Shown here piece after piece: positions 8,351-17,734 of a stretch of DNA of 64,000 nucleotides. A program made the position numbers and the translations under genes. The stretch comes from a bacterium. GTDB lineage: Bacteria > Patescibacteriota > Microgenomatia > Daviesbacterales > UBA10151. Position 1 is the first letter of the stretch; each line of letters begins with the position of its first letter. Below the pieces are notes generated by a model. The model did not search any database. It saw only the letters and a program-made list of their open reading frames with translations, and was not told the DNA's origin. The DNA is taken from positions 334,997 through 398,996 of the forward strand of contig JAJYNN010000002.1 in NCBI GenBank assembly GCA_021786315.1, given 5' to 3'.

Positions 8351-10716
8351 CCATTTGGTGCTTTCGAGGATGTTAGCTTTTTTTGTAAATCTTTCATTAA
8401 CTCACTAATTTGCATCCAGAAAAATGCCCAAACCCAGGCAATGATAATCCAGATTAAGGGAACCTTGGCGGGCATCAAAAATCCGGTTAGGGCAAAAATG
8501 GTGGCAATGCCTTGGGTTAGGGAAGTGGCCCAAATCACTTCCTTGCTGGGCAAAAACTTCCACCATCTTTCTTTGGTATGGGCTACATAAATTAACATAT
8601 GGCCGGAAACTGTTAGTTTCAAAAAGTAAATCGTTTGGATAAGGTTCCAATTAAGGTGCAGCAAATTGTTCATAATAAAAAACAACAACAGGCTGTTTAG
8701 GATACCGACTGAGCCAAAAAGGGAGCTTAAGATAAAACGCTGGCGGACATTAATTTTTGCCGGGCGGGTGGCGATTTTGACCTTGTCAAAAGCCAAAGAG
8801 ATGATCGGGATATCGTTTAATAGGGCAATGATGATAATTTGTAAGGGGGTTAAGGGGTAAGTCCGGTAGAGGAGCCCCAAAATGGCAATGGTGACTATCA
8901 GCCGGTAGCTTTCGGAGATCCGGTAGAGGGAGTAGGTATAAAGCCTTTCAAAAATTTTCCGGCTTTCAAGTATGGCATCACGGATAACGCTGATGCCTTC
9001 CGAAAGCAGGACAATGTCGGCTGTGGCCTTCAAAGCTGATACGGCATTTTTGACGGCAATTCCCACACTGGCTGCCTTTAAGGCCGGTAAATCATTGATC
9101 CCGTCGCCGTTGGCGGCAACGGTAAAGAATTTTTTCGCCGCCTGCACCAGTTTTAATTTATCGTCCGGTAATATTTCGGCAAAGGCTCCTGTTTGGGCGT
9201 AAAATTCCGGTGGCAAATTATCCCAATTTAGCTTGTCCAGCTCCTCTTTGGTAACAATCTTCCCGTCGTCCAGCTCAAGCTGCAAAGCTACTTGGGAAGC
9301 GATAGCCCGGTTGTCACCGGTTAACATAGTGACACCAATCCCGCTCTTTTCCAAAAACTGGATAACCGACTTGGCATCCTCGCGCAAAGTGTCGGATAAG
9401 GCCAACAGCCCGACAATTTTCATCTTTTGTTCTTTTGCGGTATGGGAGATGGCTACAGCAATAGTCCGGTAACCGCTTTTGGCTAAGGTCTCCACTTCCC
9501 GGTTAAACTTTTCGCCGGTTTTTTTATCAAGGTCACACAACTTTTCAATAACTTGGGGAGCGCCGGAAGAGACAACCAGCTTTTCTTTTCCGGACTGGAT
9601 GGTGATGGTATTGCGTTTTCTTTCGGAATCGGCAGGGATAAAATCGATTTTGGAAAATACCGGCGGTGAAATCTGCAACGCCCGGACTTTTTCTAAAACA
9701 GCCTGGTTAATAGAGTTGGTCTCATCCGACGCTGCAGGGATGGCGGCATACTTTAAAACGTCGTTGTGGGTAAACCCGTCGTAAGCGTAGATATCAGCGA
9801 TGGTGATCTTATTTTGGGTGAGGGTTCCGGTTTTATCGGTTAACAGCAAGTTAACATTGGATAAATCTTCCAGGGCGGAAAGCCGGCGGACCACCACGTC
9901 CTTTTTGGCCAGGTTTAACACCCCAAACTCAATGATTAAAGTCATGACTGTGGGCAGGCTGATGGGGATGCCGGCAATGACCAAACTTAAATCCAGGGTT
10001 AAAAGCTCCAGCAGGGAAACTTTTTGGAGGATAAAGATGCCGCTTAAAATTACCACTGCAATAGCGCTCAGGATGGTCAGGAATTTAGAAATGCTTAAAA
10101 TATCTTTTTCCAGCAGGCTTTCCCGCCTCACTCTCTCCACGGAAAAAATGGTTTTGCCAAAGTTGGTATTTTTGCCGGTGGCGGTAATTTTAATGGTGGC
10201 AAGACCGGTGATTAAAAAGGATCCGGAAAAAACCTGGTCATGCAACACTTTATCTTTAGGGAGGGACTCCCCGGTTAAGGCAGCTTCATTTATGGTAACG
10301 TGGCTGGCTTCCAAAATTTCCCCGTCTGCCGGAACGACCTCACCGGAAGAAAGCTGGATAATATCGCCCGGAACAATCAGCCGGGAGTCGATTGAATGCC
10401 AGGCGTTATCCCGGAAAACCTTAATTTTTTGGGCCAGGTGTTCGTTTAATTTCTTAATGGCATTGTCGGCCTTGTTTTCCTGCCATAAAGAGATACCAAT
10501 ATTTAAAAGCAGTAAAAAGAGGATAAAGAAAAAATCAAAAGTTTTTTGGGTGGCCAAAGATAAAATGGCAGCAGCAAGAAGCATTAAGGAAATAGGGGAA
10601 ACTGTTTTTTGTATGAGCTTGCTTAAGATAGAAGTCTGCTTTTCCGGAATCTCGTTTGGACCGCTAGTCTGAAGCTGCTTTTCTGCCTCTTCCGATGTTA
10701 GGCCGGTAAACTTCAT
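8290..10716 (-). CDS. P-type ATPase, type IIIA (plasma-membrane H+-efflux) family
   Basis: TGES, DKTGTLT, MLTGD, GDGIND and IIIALLND motifs; ATG at 10716. Confidence 0.9.
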   Translation of the reverse strand: MKFTGLTSEEAEKQLQTSGPNEIPEKQTSILSKLIQKTVSPISLMLLAAAILSLATQKTFDFFFILFLLLLNIGISLWQENKADNAIKKLNEHLAQKIKVFRDNAWHSIDSRLIVPGDIIQLSSGEVVPADGEILEASHVTINEAALTGESLPKDKVLHDQVFSGSFLITGLATIKITATGKNTNFGKTIFSVERVRRESLLEKDILSISKFLTILSAIAVVILSGIFILQKVSLLELLTLDLSLVIAGIPISLPTVMTLIIEFGVLNLAKKDVVVRRLSALEDLSNVNLLLTDKTGTLTQNKITIADIYAYDGFTHNDVLKYAAIPAASDETNSINQAVLEKVRALQISPPVFSKIDFIPADSERKRNTITIQSGKEKLVVSSGAPQVIEKLCDLDKKTGEKFNREVETLAKSGYRTIAVAISHTAKEQKMKIVGLLALSDTLREDAKSVIQFLEKSGIGVTMLTGDNRAIASQVALQLELDDGKIVTKEELDKLNWDNLPPEFYAQTGAFAEILPDDKLKLVQAAKKFFTVAANGDGINDLPALKAASVGIAVKNAVSALKATADIVLLSEGISVIRDAILESRKIFERLYTYSLYRISESYRLIVTIAILGLLYRTYPLTPLQIIIIALLNDIPIISLAFDKVKIATRPAKINVRQRFILSSLFGSVGILNSLLLFFIMNNLLHLNWNLIQTIYFLKLTVSGHMLIYVAHTKERWWKFLPSKEVIWATSLTQGIATIFALTGFLMPAKVPLIWIIIAWVWAFFWMQISELMKDLQKKLTSSKAPNGHLSNSLAPLSKFQGPEPQP

Positions 10717-10798
10717 ACTATACAGTATATACCGGTTTGAGGCAGTTGATTCAAGCACCTTTTACTGCTAATATATCCCTACTAGGGGGATTCAATTA

Positions 10799-11335
10799 GT
10801 GAAAAAGGCGCTTCTAACCTTTTCTTTTATTGCTACTTTCTTATTACTTTTCTCAACACCTGCTTTTGCCCAGATGGGGCCGGGGATGATGGGTTGGGAT
10901 AATGACAGCAACTCTTCTGCATCAGCTCAAGGTAGCGACGAATCCCAAAACCTAAGCAAGGTCATTCAGGATATTGCTAAATCCCAAGGGGCAACTTCAG
11001 AAAACAAGATTGATTGCCAAAAGGTCAGTGATGACCAGCTGGAAAAATTGGGGGATGCCTGGATGGATGTCCGGCACCCGGATGAAAATGTCCACCAGGC
11101 CATGGACCAGATGATGGGCGGGGAGGGATCGGCAAGTTTAAAGCAGGCCCATATCAGGATGGGGCAAAATTATCTGGGGTGTTATAGCCAAAATTGGGGA
11201 AGCAGTGGGGGAAGAGGCTATACCTCCATGATGGGTTGGAGGTTTGGTGTCTTTGGCCCGTTATTTGGCGTAGTAGCTCTGGTTGATTCTGCTCTTTTAG
11301 GAATACTTTTGTTACAAAAGGTCCGCCGCAAATAA
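10799..11335 (+). CDS. secreted Met/Gly-rich protein with C-terminal TM (possible metal binding)
   Basis: signal peptide, MGPGMMG, HQAMDQMMGG. Confidence 0.65.
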   Translation: MKKALLTFSFIATFLLLFSTPAFAQMGPGMMGWDNDSNSSASAQGSDESQNLSKVIQDIAKSQGATSENKIDCQKVSDDQLEKLGDAWMDVRHPDENVHQAMDQMMGGEGSASLKQAHIRMGQNYLGCYSQNWGSSGGRGYTSMMGWRFGVFGPLFGVVALVDSALLGILLLQKVRRK

Positions 11336-11419
11336 TTTTATAAGAAACGGATCTTAACTTCTTATTGCCTATTTATTATTTTCCTATTATAGACCCCTCT
11401 TATACTTAGCAGGTTTAAG

Positions 11420-11965
11420 ATGAATACTCAGTTTGAAGGGCTGAAAGAGATGATGGCCCACCAGCAAGGTGACGCCTTCAATGATGCCTTGGAACTTTTA
11501 AAAAGCCTGGATCCGAGTGTGGAAACGATGGTGGGGGACTATATTATTACCCTGGCGTTTGAAAAAGCGGCGGGATGGTATATATATGAGCCTAACGGAG
11601 AGTTGAGGTGGGTGGTGCCGGAGGAGAAGGATAACCTGCATTTGGAGGTGATTGTCCAAGATGCAAACGACCTGAGGTTCCTGCCTTATTTGGAGGTCAG
11701 TGTCAAACTTTTCGATAAAAATAAAGAGTTGGTTGGGGAAAAGGAACAGGAGTTTATCTGGCATCCGATGATTTGGCACTATGCCGAAAATTGGCAAATC
11801 CCCGGCCCAGGGGAGTATTTTGCCGAAATTACAGTGAAAGAACCGACTTTTAGGAGGCACGACCAGCTTCGGGGACAGCGTTATATGATGGATGCGACTA
11901 TTAAACTGGAGCCTTTTGAAATTCCTAAATCAGTAATTGGCCAGAAACCTCTTGGACCGGAGTAG
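11420..11965 (+). CDS. Fe2+-transport (P19/Tp34-like) family protein
   Basis: E.AAGWY, HLEV, RFLPY, WHP..WHYAEN, FRRHD. Confidence 0.7.
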   Translation: MNTQFEGLKEMMAHQQGDAFNDALELLKSLDPSVETMVGDYIITLAFEKAAGWYIYEPNGELRWVVPEEKDNLHLEVIVQDANDLRFLPYLEVSVKLFDKNKELVGEKEQEFIWHPMIWHYAENWQIPGPGEYFAEITVKEPTFRRHDQLRGQRYMMDATIKLEPFEIPKSVIGQKPLGPE

Positions 11966-12082
11966 TTTAAAAGTTTAAAAACTTTTTTCCCCTTAACTAT
12001 TCAAATTAAATTCCTGAATTAAAATATCTTCGACTTGCAGACTATCTTGTAAAAGTTATATTGTGAGATAGGGGGTGAGAAA

Positions 12083-12376
12083 GTGATGAAAAAACTTTTA
12101 ATCGGAGTATCAGCAACAGCGATGTTTGGTGTTATGGCAATTCCGGCATTGGCAGCAGGCAACTCAACTCCGGGTCTAGACCGTTATCTTAATAACTTGG
12201 GCCGTCAACAGGCAACTGAAGTCGGAGCCCAATGCGGAACCGGTGCAGGTTCCGGGTCTTTCGGATATTTTGGAAAAGATAAAAATATGGGGATTAAATC
12301 TGATCCCAATGATCCGGGTGCAAACGGCTACCAAACAGGGATAAACAACAGCTCTGTTTGTGGAAACAGGCCATAG
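12083..12376 (+). CDS. small secreted Gly-rich protein
   Basis: signal peptide; GGGGTG SD. Confidence 0.65.
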   Translation: MMKKLLIGVSATAMFGVMAIPALAAGNSTPGLDRYLNNLGRQQATEVGAQCGTGAGSGSFGYFGKDKNMGIKSDPNDPGANGYQTGINNSSVCGNRP

Positions 12377-12398
12377 TTGGTATTCGGTTTTTAAATAA

Positions 12399-12434
12399 AA
12401 GGCAGCCTGCTGAGTTTTCTCAACAGGCTGCCTT
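12399..12434. terminator. hairpin terminator
   Basis: AAGGCAGCCTG / CAGGCTGCCTT 11-bp inverted repeat after a gene. Confidence 0.65.
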
Positions 12435-12491
12435 CTTATCTGGATTAAATTCCCATAAAGAAGTAAAATCAGCAAGAATAATGCACAATGT

Positions 12492-13253
12492 ATGTTTAAT
12501 AGGTATAGAGAATTAAGAGAAAAGAGAGATAATCTTAACCAGATTTTAAAGCGGGAAATTGGCTTAGATTTTACATCCACTCTAATTCTTATATTTTTCG
12601 TTTTTGGAACAGTAGTTATATTTGCAGGATATTTTGTTGGTCTAATTAAAACGAATGATTTTATTTCAGCTTTCATACTTTGGTTTACAGCGGTAGTAAT
12701 CTTGGACTATACGAAAGAAACACATGATTTGAAGGCGAACTCGGACAGGACTTTGAAGGAAATAAGAAAGCAGAATGAACATATTGAAAACCAGCTCAGG
12801 ATTGAACAAGAACCTTATTTAGTTATAAAGGATCATATTGTTATCGCAGGTAGCGACCCAGGTCGTCTACATATCATCATGTTTAAAAATATAGGAAGAG
12901 GTGCGGCTTTAAATGTGCTTGCAACTACAGACCCCGAAGGAAAAATCTCGATAATCGAAGCATCAAATCCGCATTCAGTGGACTTAGGTCCAGGAGAGGT
13001 GAATAACGGTTGGGCAATCGACGAAAACCAGGTTATTAAAGGTTTAAAAGAACAGGGTGTAAGCATTGAAGATTCTGTTGTCCTAGGGATTCCTGATGAG
13101 AGTTCCTTAAGAGAAAGTGAAAAATTCAAAGCTGACTTTTATATATTTCTTTGGTATCAGGACCAACTAGGTAAGAAGTACAAAACTGTGACAAAAATCC
13201 GCCATTCAGGAGCGTTCTTTAAGGTGATGGAGAACAGGCGAGAAAATATTTAA
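12492..13253 (+). CDS. hypothetical membrane protein (2 TM plus soluble domain)
   Basis: 253-aa AT-rich ORF. Confidence 0.65.
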   Translation: MFNRYRELREKRDNLNQILKREIGLDFTSTLILIFFVFGTVVIFAGYFVGLIKTNDFISAFILWFTAVVILDYTKETHDLKANSDRTLKEIRKQNEHIENQLRIEQEPYLVIKDHIVIAGSDPGRLHIIMFKNIGRGAALNVLATTDPEGKISIIEASNPHSVDLGPGEVNNGWAIDENQVIKGLKEQGVSIEDSVVLGIPDESSLRESEKFKADFYIFLWYQDQLGKKYKTVTKIRHSGAFFKVMENRRENI

Positions 13254-13295
13254 AAGCTGGAATTGTTGGGTTGGGGGAATTTGCAGGATTCTTAC

Positions 13296-13324
13296 TTGAA
13301 CCAGAAGCTTAATTGGAATATAAT
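13296..13324 (+). promoter_or_regulatory. sigma70-type promoter
   Basis: TTGAAC-17 nt-TATAAT. Confidence 0.6.
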
Positions 13325-13337
13325 AGTCCCATAAACG

Positions 13338-13371
13338 CCTCACCTAGTGCGAAAGCCCGGTGAGGTTTTTT
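13338..13371 (+). terminator. hairpin plus U-tract upstream of the NYN gene
   Basis: CCTCACC...GC GAAA GC...GGTGAGG TTTTTT. Confidence 0.6.
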
Positions 13372-13387
13372 GTGGCATAATATACTC

Positions 13388-13972
13388 ATGTCAAATTGCA
13401 TTTTATTTATTGACGGTGAGAACTTTCTTCATAAAGTAGAAGAAGTTTTAAGTGGAACGAGAAAATCTGGAGTAAAGGAACAGTTAGGGAATATTAATCT
13501 CGATCAACTATTTGAGCTTCCATTAAAAGGTCTAAAAGTTAGCAGAAAGGTATTTTATGCTGCTAAACTACACTCCCATCCGGAAACTCAGAAGAAATCT
13601 GAAGAGCTGATAAAACTTCAGAGAAAACTCCGGAATAATCTTGTAAAACAGGGTTTTGAGTTTGTTATTGCCGGGAATGTTCGAGCACAGAAAGTCGGGC
13701 AGAGAGTAGTTTTTAGGGAGAAAGGTGTGGATGTGAGGATCGCAGTTGATATGGTGTCGTTTGCTTGCGATAAAAAATTGGATACTGTTATTCTTTGTAG
13801 CTCAGATTCAGATTTGCAGCCTGCCATATCTGAGGTTAAAAGAAGAAACGCAGAAGTGATCTACTTAGGTTTTGAGAATAATCCTAACAAGGGTTTGGCT
13901 TATACAACAGACAGAACGATTCTGCTTAGAAATTCGGAGATTATTGAAGCGTGCGGAGGTAAAAAGAAATGA
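13388..13972 (+). CDS. NYN-domain (LabA/DUF88, PIN-like) protein
   Basis: FIDGEN, EKGVDVRIAVDM, SSDSDLQP. Confidence 0.88.
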   Translation: MSNCILFIDGENFLHKVEEVLSGTRKSGVKEQLGNINLDQLFELPLKGLKVSRKVFYAAKLHSHPETQKKSEELIKLQRKLRNNLVKQGFEFVIAGNVRAQKVGQRVVFREKGVDVRIAVDMVSFACDKKLDTVILCSSDSDLQPAISEVKRRNAEVIYLGFENNPNKGLAYTTDRTILLRNSEIIEACGGKKK

Positions 13973-15066
13973 GCTTAAAAGTAGGAATAGTTGGGTTGCC
14001 GAATGTAGGGAAGTCCACTTTATTTAATGCCCTTTTGAAAAAGAGGGTGGCTTTGTCTGCCAATTATCCTTTTGCTACCATTGAACCCAATGTGGGGGTG
14101 GTGGCGGTGCCGGATAACCGTTTGAATGAGTTGGCAGAACTTGTCAAAGACGAGGAAAAGATGGAAAACTTGCCGCCTTTGGTTCCGGCGGTGGTGGAGT
14201 TTGTGGACATTGCCGGGTTGGTCAAAGGCGCGTCCGGGGGAGCAGGTTTAGGCAACCAATTTTTGTCCCATATCCGGGAAGTGGACGCGATTGTCCACGT
14301 TGTCCGGGATTTTGAGAATGGGGATATAGTTCGCGAGGGTTCCGTTTCCCCTGATGAGGATAAATTAACCATTGAAACTGAGCTGGCTTTGGCGGATTTA
14401 CAGGTTATTGAAAAGTTGGTAGCTGCCCAGGAAAAAGAGGTCCGGGGGGCCAAGGACCCTTTGGAAGGGTTAAAGCTGGATATCCTAAAAAAGATCAAGG
14501 AAAACTTAGAGGCCGGAAAAGTGTTGGGCCATTATGAGATTGGAGATGAACGCCTAAAGCATTGGTTTGCCGGATTGCCGCTTTTAACCACAAAGCCAAT
14601 GTTGTATGTGCACAATGTCTCCGAGGAAGATTTAAGATTTAAGAATGAAGAATTAAGAATTGAGGAAAATGTGGTGGTAATTTCCGCCAAAGTGGAGGAG
14701 GAGCTGGCCGAGTATTCGGAAGAGGAGAGAAAAGAGTATCTGAAGGAGTTGGGGATAGAGGAAACAGGTTTGGAGAGGTTAATTAAAAAGGCCTATGAAG
14801 TTTTGGGGCTGATCTCATTTCTCACCGCCGGTAAAAAAGAAGTCCGGGCCTGGACCGTTAAAAAAGGCAGCAAGGCCCCGCAAGCTGCGGGGGTAATCCA
14901 TACCGATTTTGAAAAAGGTTTTATCCGGGCCCAAGTTATCCCTTACGAAAAGTTAATTGAAGCCGGATCCTACGCTGTGGCCAAACAAAAAGGGCTAATC
15001 AGGACTGAAGGGAAGGATTACATTATGCAGGATGGGGATGTTGTTGAATTTTTGGTAAGCAGTTAA
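13969..15066 (+). CDS. ychF: redox-regulated ATPase YchF
   Basis: GLPNVGKST, NYPFATIEPN, DIAGLVKGAS, TGS domain. Confidence 0.96.
   Translation: MSLKVGIVGLPNVGKSTLFNALLKKRVALSANYPFATIEPNVGVVAVPDNRLNELAELVKDEEKMENLPPLVPAVVEFVDIAGLVKGASGGAGLGNQFLSHIREVDAIVHVVRDFENGDIVREGSVSPDEDKLTIETELALADLQVIEKLVAAQEKEVRGAKDPLEGLKLDILKKIKENLEAGKVLGHYEIGDERLKHWFAGLPLLTTKPMLYVHNVSEEDLRFKNEELRIEENVVVISAKVEEELAEYSEEERKEYLKELGIEETGLERLIKKAYEVLGLISFLTAGKKEVRAWTVKKGSKAPQAAGVIHTDFEKGFIRAQVIPYEKLIEAGSYAVAKQKGLIRTEGKDYIMQDGDVVEFLVSS
14627..14661 (+). repeat. 5 x 7-mer array (AAGAWTT) in-frame within ychF
   Basis: aagattt aagattt aagaatg aagaatt aagaatt. Confidence 0.8.
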
Positions 15067-15467
15067 CCTTGGGGAAAAGCCAGGCCAAACCGCCGGGCTC
15101 TATCACGGGCATCAATAAGAAGCTCTTTAGCGCGTTCCTCATCAGTAAGGTCATTAAGCCTGTGTATTTCTTGGACCATGAACCCTGAAGCCTGTATTTG
15201 GTCTATCCCGAAAAACGTAGTGGGGAATACTCCTGTTGGCCGCACTGGATATGTCATACTCAAAGTTCGGCGGTTAATATAGCTCTGCCAATCTGCATCT
15301 GTGGCTTGTCCTGATAAAATTCTTATAATTTCTGTTTCATCACTTTCAGTTGCCTGGCCCTGAAGAACTTTGCGTAACTTGCCTAAACTGTTCCCGATTC
15401 TACTTCGGAAGGCGGCAAACCCTGCTTCTTTATGAACTGTAGTTGGTATTGTTTGAGCTTCAATCAT
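15063..15467 (-). CDS. hypothetical protein
   Basis: 134-aa ORF with a -10-like element before the ATG. Confidence 0.55.
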   Translation of the reverse strand: MIEAQTIPTTVHKEAGFAAFRSRIGNSLGKLRKVLQGQATESDETEIIRILSGQATDADWQSYINRRTLSMTYPVRPTGVFPTTFFGIDQIQASGFMVQEIHRLNDLTDEERAKELLIDARDRARRFGLAFPQG

Positions 15468-15588
15468 AAGAGTATATTACTTAATTAGCACATCCTTTTT
15501 CTAAGATCAAGATGTTGAAATAATTTCAGGCCCAAATAACGGATTGATTTAAGAAATTTTCCACACTATATTATAGGGTACCTTAGAT

Positions 15589-16299
15589 ATGGAAAAGTTA
15601 AAGTTTGAAACCAGGAAACACTTTTTTCGGCGGGATGAACTCCCGTCTCCGCTTTCTGAGGCCGCTGAGAATGTAGGCCGGGTGATGGTTGATGGTTATA
15701 GGATGGGTACTTGTTTTGTTGCCAGTTTAGATGACAGGAAATTTTTGGTGTCAGCCCTGCACTGTTTTTTAGAGAGACAGAATAAAGCCCTTACTGAAGG
15801 CTGGGCTGTTTTTCCTTCAGGAGACAACTTTCTTGTTAAGCCTCAATGGGTATTACCGCCTCCGTCAACTGCACCCGATCTGGATTTATTGGTTTCTGAA
15901 GTTAAGAGAACCGGGTCAATCAGACCATTCCGATTATCTGAATCGCACCTTCCAATGATAGGCCAAAGGGTAACTTTATTAGGATATCCGCTGAGCCATT
16001 TGTATTCACCGGAAGCAGAAAACGGAGCTGTGGCGTCGTTTGGGGTAATCGATGATCTAACTCCTTCGGTCACATCCGGTGATGATATCTGGATGTATGT
16101 TAAGGTGGAAAACGGAAGCAGCGGATCGCCCGTTTTAGATGAAAACAATAAAGTTTTAGGTGTTTTAGTCCATACAGTTGAGCCGGGAAGGGGTGGAGTT
16201 AACCAATCAGCCAATATTAGAAGAAAATCTCAAAAGATGAACTATGTTTCGGTGGCGACATCCTTAAACATCCTGAGCACAATAAAAGATTTTGGTTGA
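15589..16299 (+). CDS. trypsin-like serine protease
   Basis: SALHC, DLDL, GYP, GSSGSPV. Confidence 0.8.
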   Translation: MEKLKFETRKHFFRRDELPSPLSEAAENVGRVMVDGYRMGTCFVASLDDRKFLVSALHCFLERQNKALTEGWAVFPSGDNFLVKPQWVLPPPSTAPDLDLLVSEVKRTGSIRPFRLSESHLPMIGQRVTLLGYPLSHLYSPEAENGAVASFGVIDDLTPSVTSGDDIWMYVKVENGSSGSPVLDENNKVLGVLVHTVEPGRGGVNQSANIRRKSQKMNYVSVATSLNILSTIKDFG

Positions 16300-16363
16300 A
16301 CCTTGCCTCTACTATTGAATTTCCCGGCCTTACCTAGTACAATTCTTAAGTTCTTAGGTACAA

Positions 16364-16633
16364 ATGAATAAATACGCTTTAACTTTAATTTTAAAACCTG
16401 ACCTGGAAGAGAAGGCCCGCAAGGAGCTTTTGGATTCCGTGGCCAAGAAATTCGGCAAGCTGGAAAAGGAAGAGCTTTGGGGAGTCCGGGATATGGCTTA
16501 TACAATCCAAAAGCAAAGCAAGGGATACTATGCCCATTACTTTTTTGAGGCTGAACCTCAAACCGCCCGTTCTATTGACAAAGATTTAAAAATAGAAGAA
16601 GATATTTTACGTCACCTACTGGTGCGGGTATAA
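16364..16633 (+). CDS. rpsF: 30S ribosomal protein S6
   Basis: WG.RDMAYTI, ILRHLLV; rpsF-ssb-rpsR order. Confidence 0.95.
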   Translation: MNKYALTLILKPDLEEKARKELLDSVAKKFGKLEKEELWGVRDMAYTIQKQSKGYYAHYFFEAEPQTARSIDKDLKIEEDILRHLLVRV

Positions 16634-16636
16634 GTC

Positions 16637-16697
16637 TAAATTTTAAAGCTCAAATTTTTAAATAAGTTTTAAAATTTAAAATTAAAAATTTAAAATT
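16637..16697. repeat. AT-rich inverted 7-mer array between rpsF and ssb
   Basis: taaattt/caaattt units followed by aaaattt units. Confidence 0.55.
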
Positions 16698-16705
16698 GTT
16701 GATAT

Positions 16706-17224
16706 ATGGCAAGTAGATCTTGGAATAGAGTTGAACTGATCGGAAACCTCACACGAGACCCTGAAATCCGTTATATCCCTTCGGGAACCGCTGTCGCCAC
16801 TTTCGGCATCGCCACCAACCGCGTTTATGTTACCGAGGGCGAAAGAAAAGAAGAGGTTGATTTCCACCGCATTGTTGCCTGGGGCAAGTTAGCCGAGCTT
16901 TGCAGCCAGCTTTTAAAGAAGGGCTCCCGGGTGTTTGTCTCCGGACGCTTACAATACCGTGAGTGGGAAACCCAGGACGGGCAAAAGAAGCGTGATGCGG
17001 AAATTGTTATGGAAGATATGATCCAGCTGACCCCAAAGAGCGGCAGTTATGGCGCTGATGAGGCGGAAGATATTGTTGAACGCAAAGAAGCTCCTGTAGA
17101 GAGTGCCCCGGCAAAAGCTGCGGAACCGGAAAAGGTTGAAGAGAAGGCTGAAGAAGAGCCTGCACCCGCCCCCAAGGCTGACGAGAAGCTGAGTGAAGAA
17201 GATATCCAGGACTTGCCATTTTAG
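16706..17224 (+). CDS. ssb: single-stranded DNA-binding protein
   Basis: NRVELIGNLTRDPE, C-terminal DLPF. Confidence 0.96.
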   Translation: MASRSWNRVELIGNLTRDPEIRYIPSGTAVATFGIATNRVYVTEGERKEEVDFHRIVAWGKLAELCSQLLKKGSRVFVSGRLQYREWETQDGQKKRDAEIVMEDMIQLTPKSGSYGADEAEDIVERKEAPVESAPAKAAEPEKVEEKAEEEPAPAPKADEKLSEEDIQDLPF

Positions 17225-17242
17225 TTTTTACAAACTCTTCCC

Positions 17243-17271
17243 TTGTCAAGCGTGTTCAAAGCTAGTATAAT
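17243..17271 (+). promoter_or_regulatory. sigma70-type promoter upstream of rpsR
   Basis: TTGTCA-17 nt-TATAAT. Confidence 0.65.
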
Positions 17272-17285
17272 CCTTAAGTTAGGTT

Positions 17286-17340
17286 CTAGTCGCTAGAGTC
17301 TTGAGTCTAGACTCTTGATTCTATGCCGCTAGTCACTAAT
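17286..17340. repeat. self-complementary 7-mer array (CTAGAGT-like) in the rpsR leader
   Basis: ctagtcg ctagagt cttgagt ctagact cttgatt ctatgccg ctagtca. Confidence 0.65.
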
Positions 17341-17347
17341 AAGAAAT

Positions 17348-17701
17348 ATGGCAGTTGTCAGAAAAGTTACACCTAAAAATATTACACCCAAAGCCCAAGA
17401 GGCCGAAGATGTAGAAAAAGTCGAGGAAGCGCCGGTTGAGGCAGCGGAAGTTGCTGAAGAAAAGGGTGCCGAGGGCGGTAAAAGAACCGCAACAGTCACC
17501 AAAAAGGCCTGCTTCTTCCATAAAAGTGAGTCTGAACCCGTGTACTGGGACGCCACGGCCCTAAGAAAATTCATGAATGACCGCGGTAGGATTCAACCGC
17601 GCCAGAGGACCGGTAATTGCGCCAAGCACCAAAGAAGGCTTTCCCAGGCCATTAAGCGCGCCCGTTTTTTGGCCCTTCTTCCATATTCTGCCGGAATCTA
17701 A
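17348..17701 (+). CDS. rpsR: 30S ribosomal protein S18 with acidic N-terminal extension
   Basis: GRIQPRQRTGNCAKHQRRLSQAIKRAR.LALLPY. Confidence 0.93.
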   Translation: MAVVRKVTPKNITPKAQEAEDVEKVEEAPVEAAEVAEEKGAEGGKRTATVTKKACFFHKSESEPVYWDATALRKFMNDRGRIQPRQRTGNCAKHQRRLSQAIKRARFLALLPYSAGI

Positions 17702-17734
17702 TCTAAGACCCCTTTTCGTGTTAATATATACCCA

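Noticed and set aside
9233-10672. Long plus-strand ORFs such as 9800..10672
   Set aside because: Antisense shadows of the P-type ATPase. The same applies to most short overlapping ORFs in the track.
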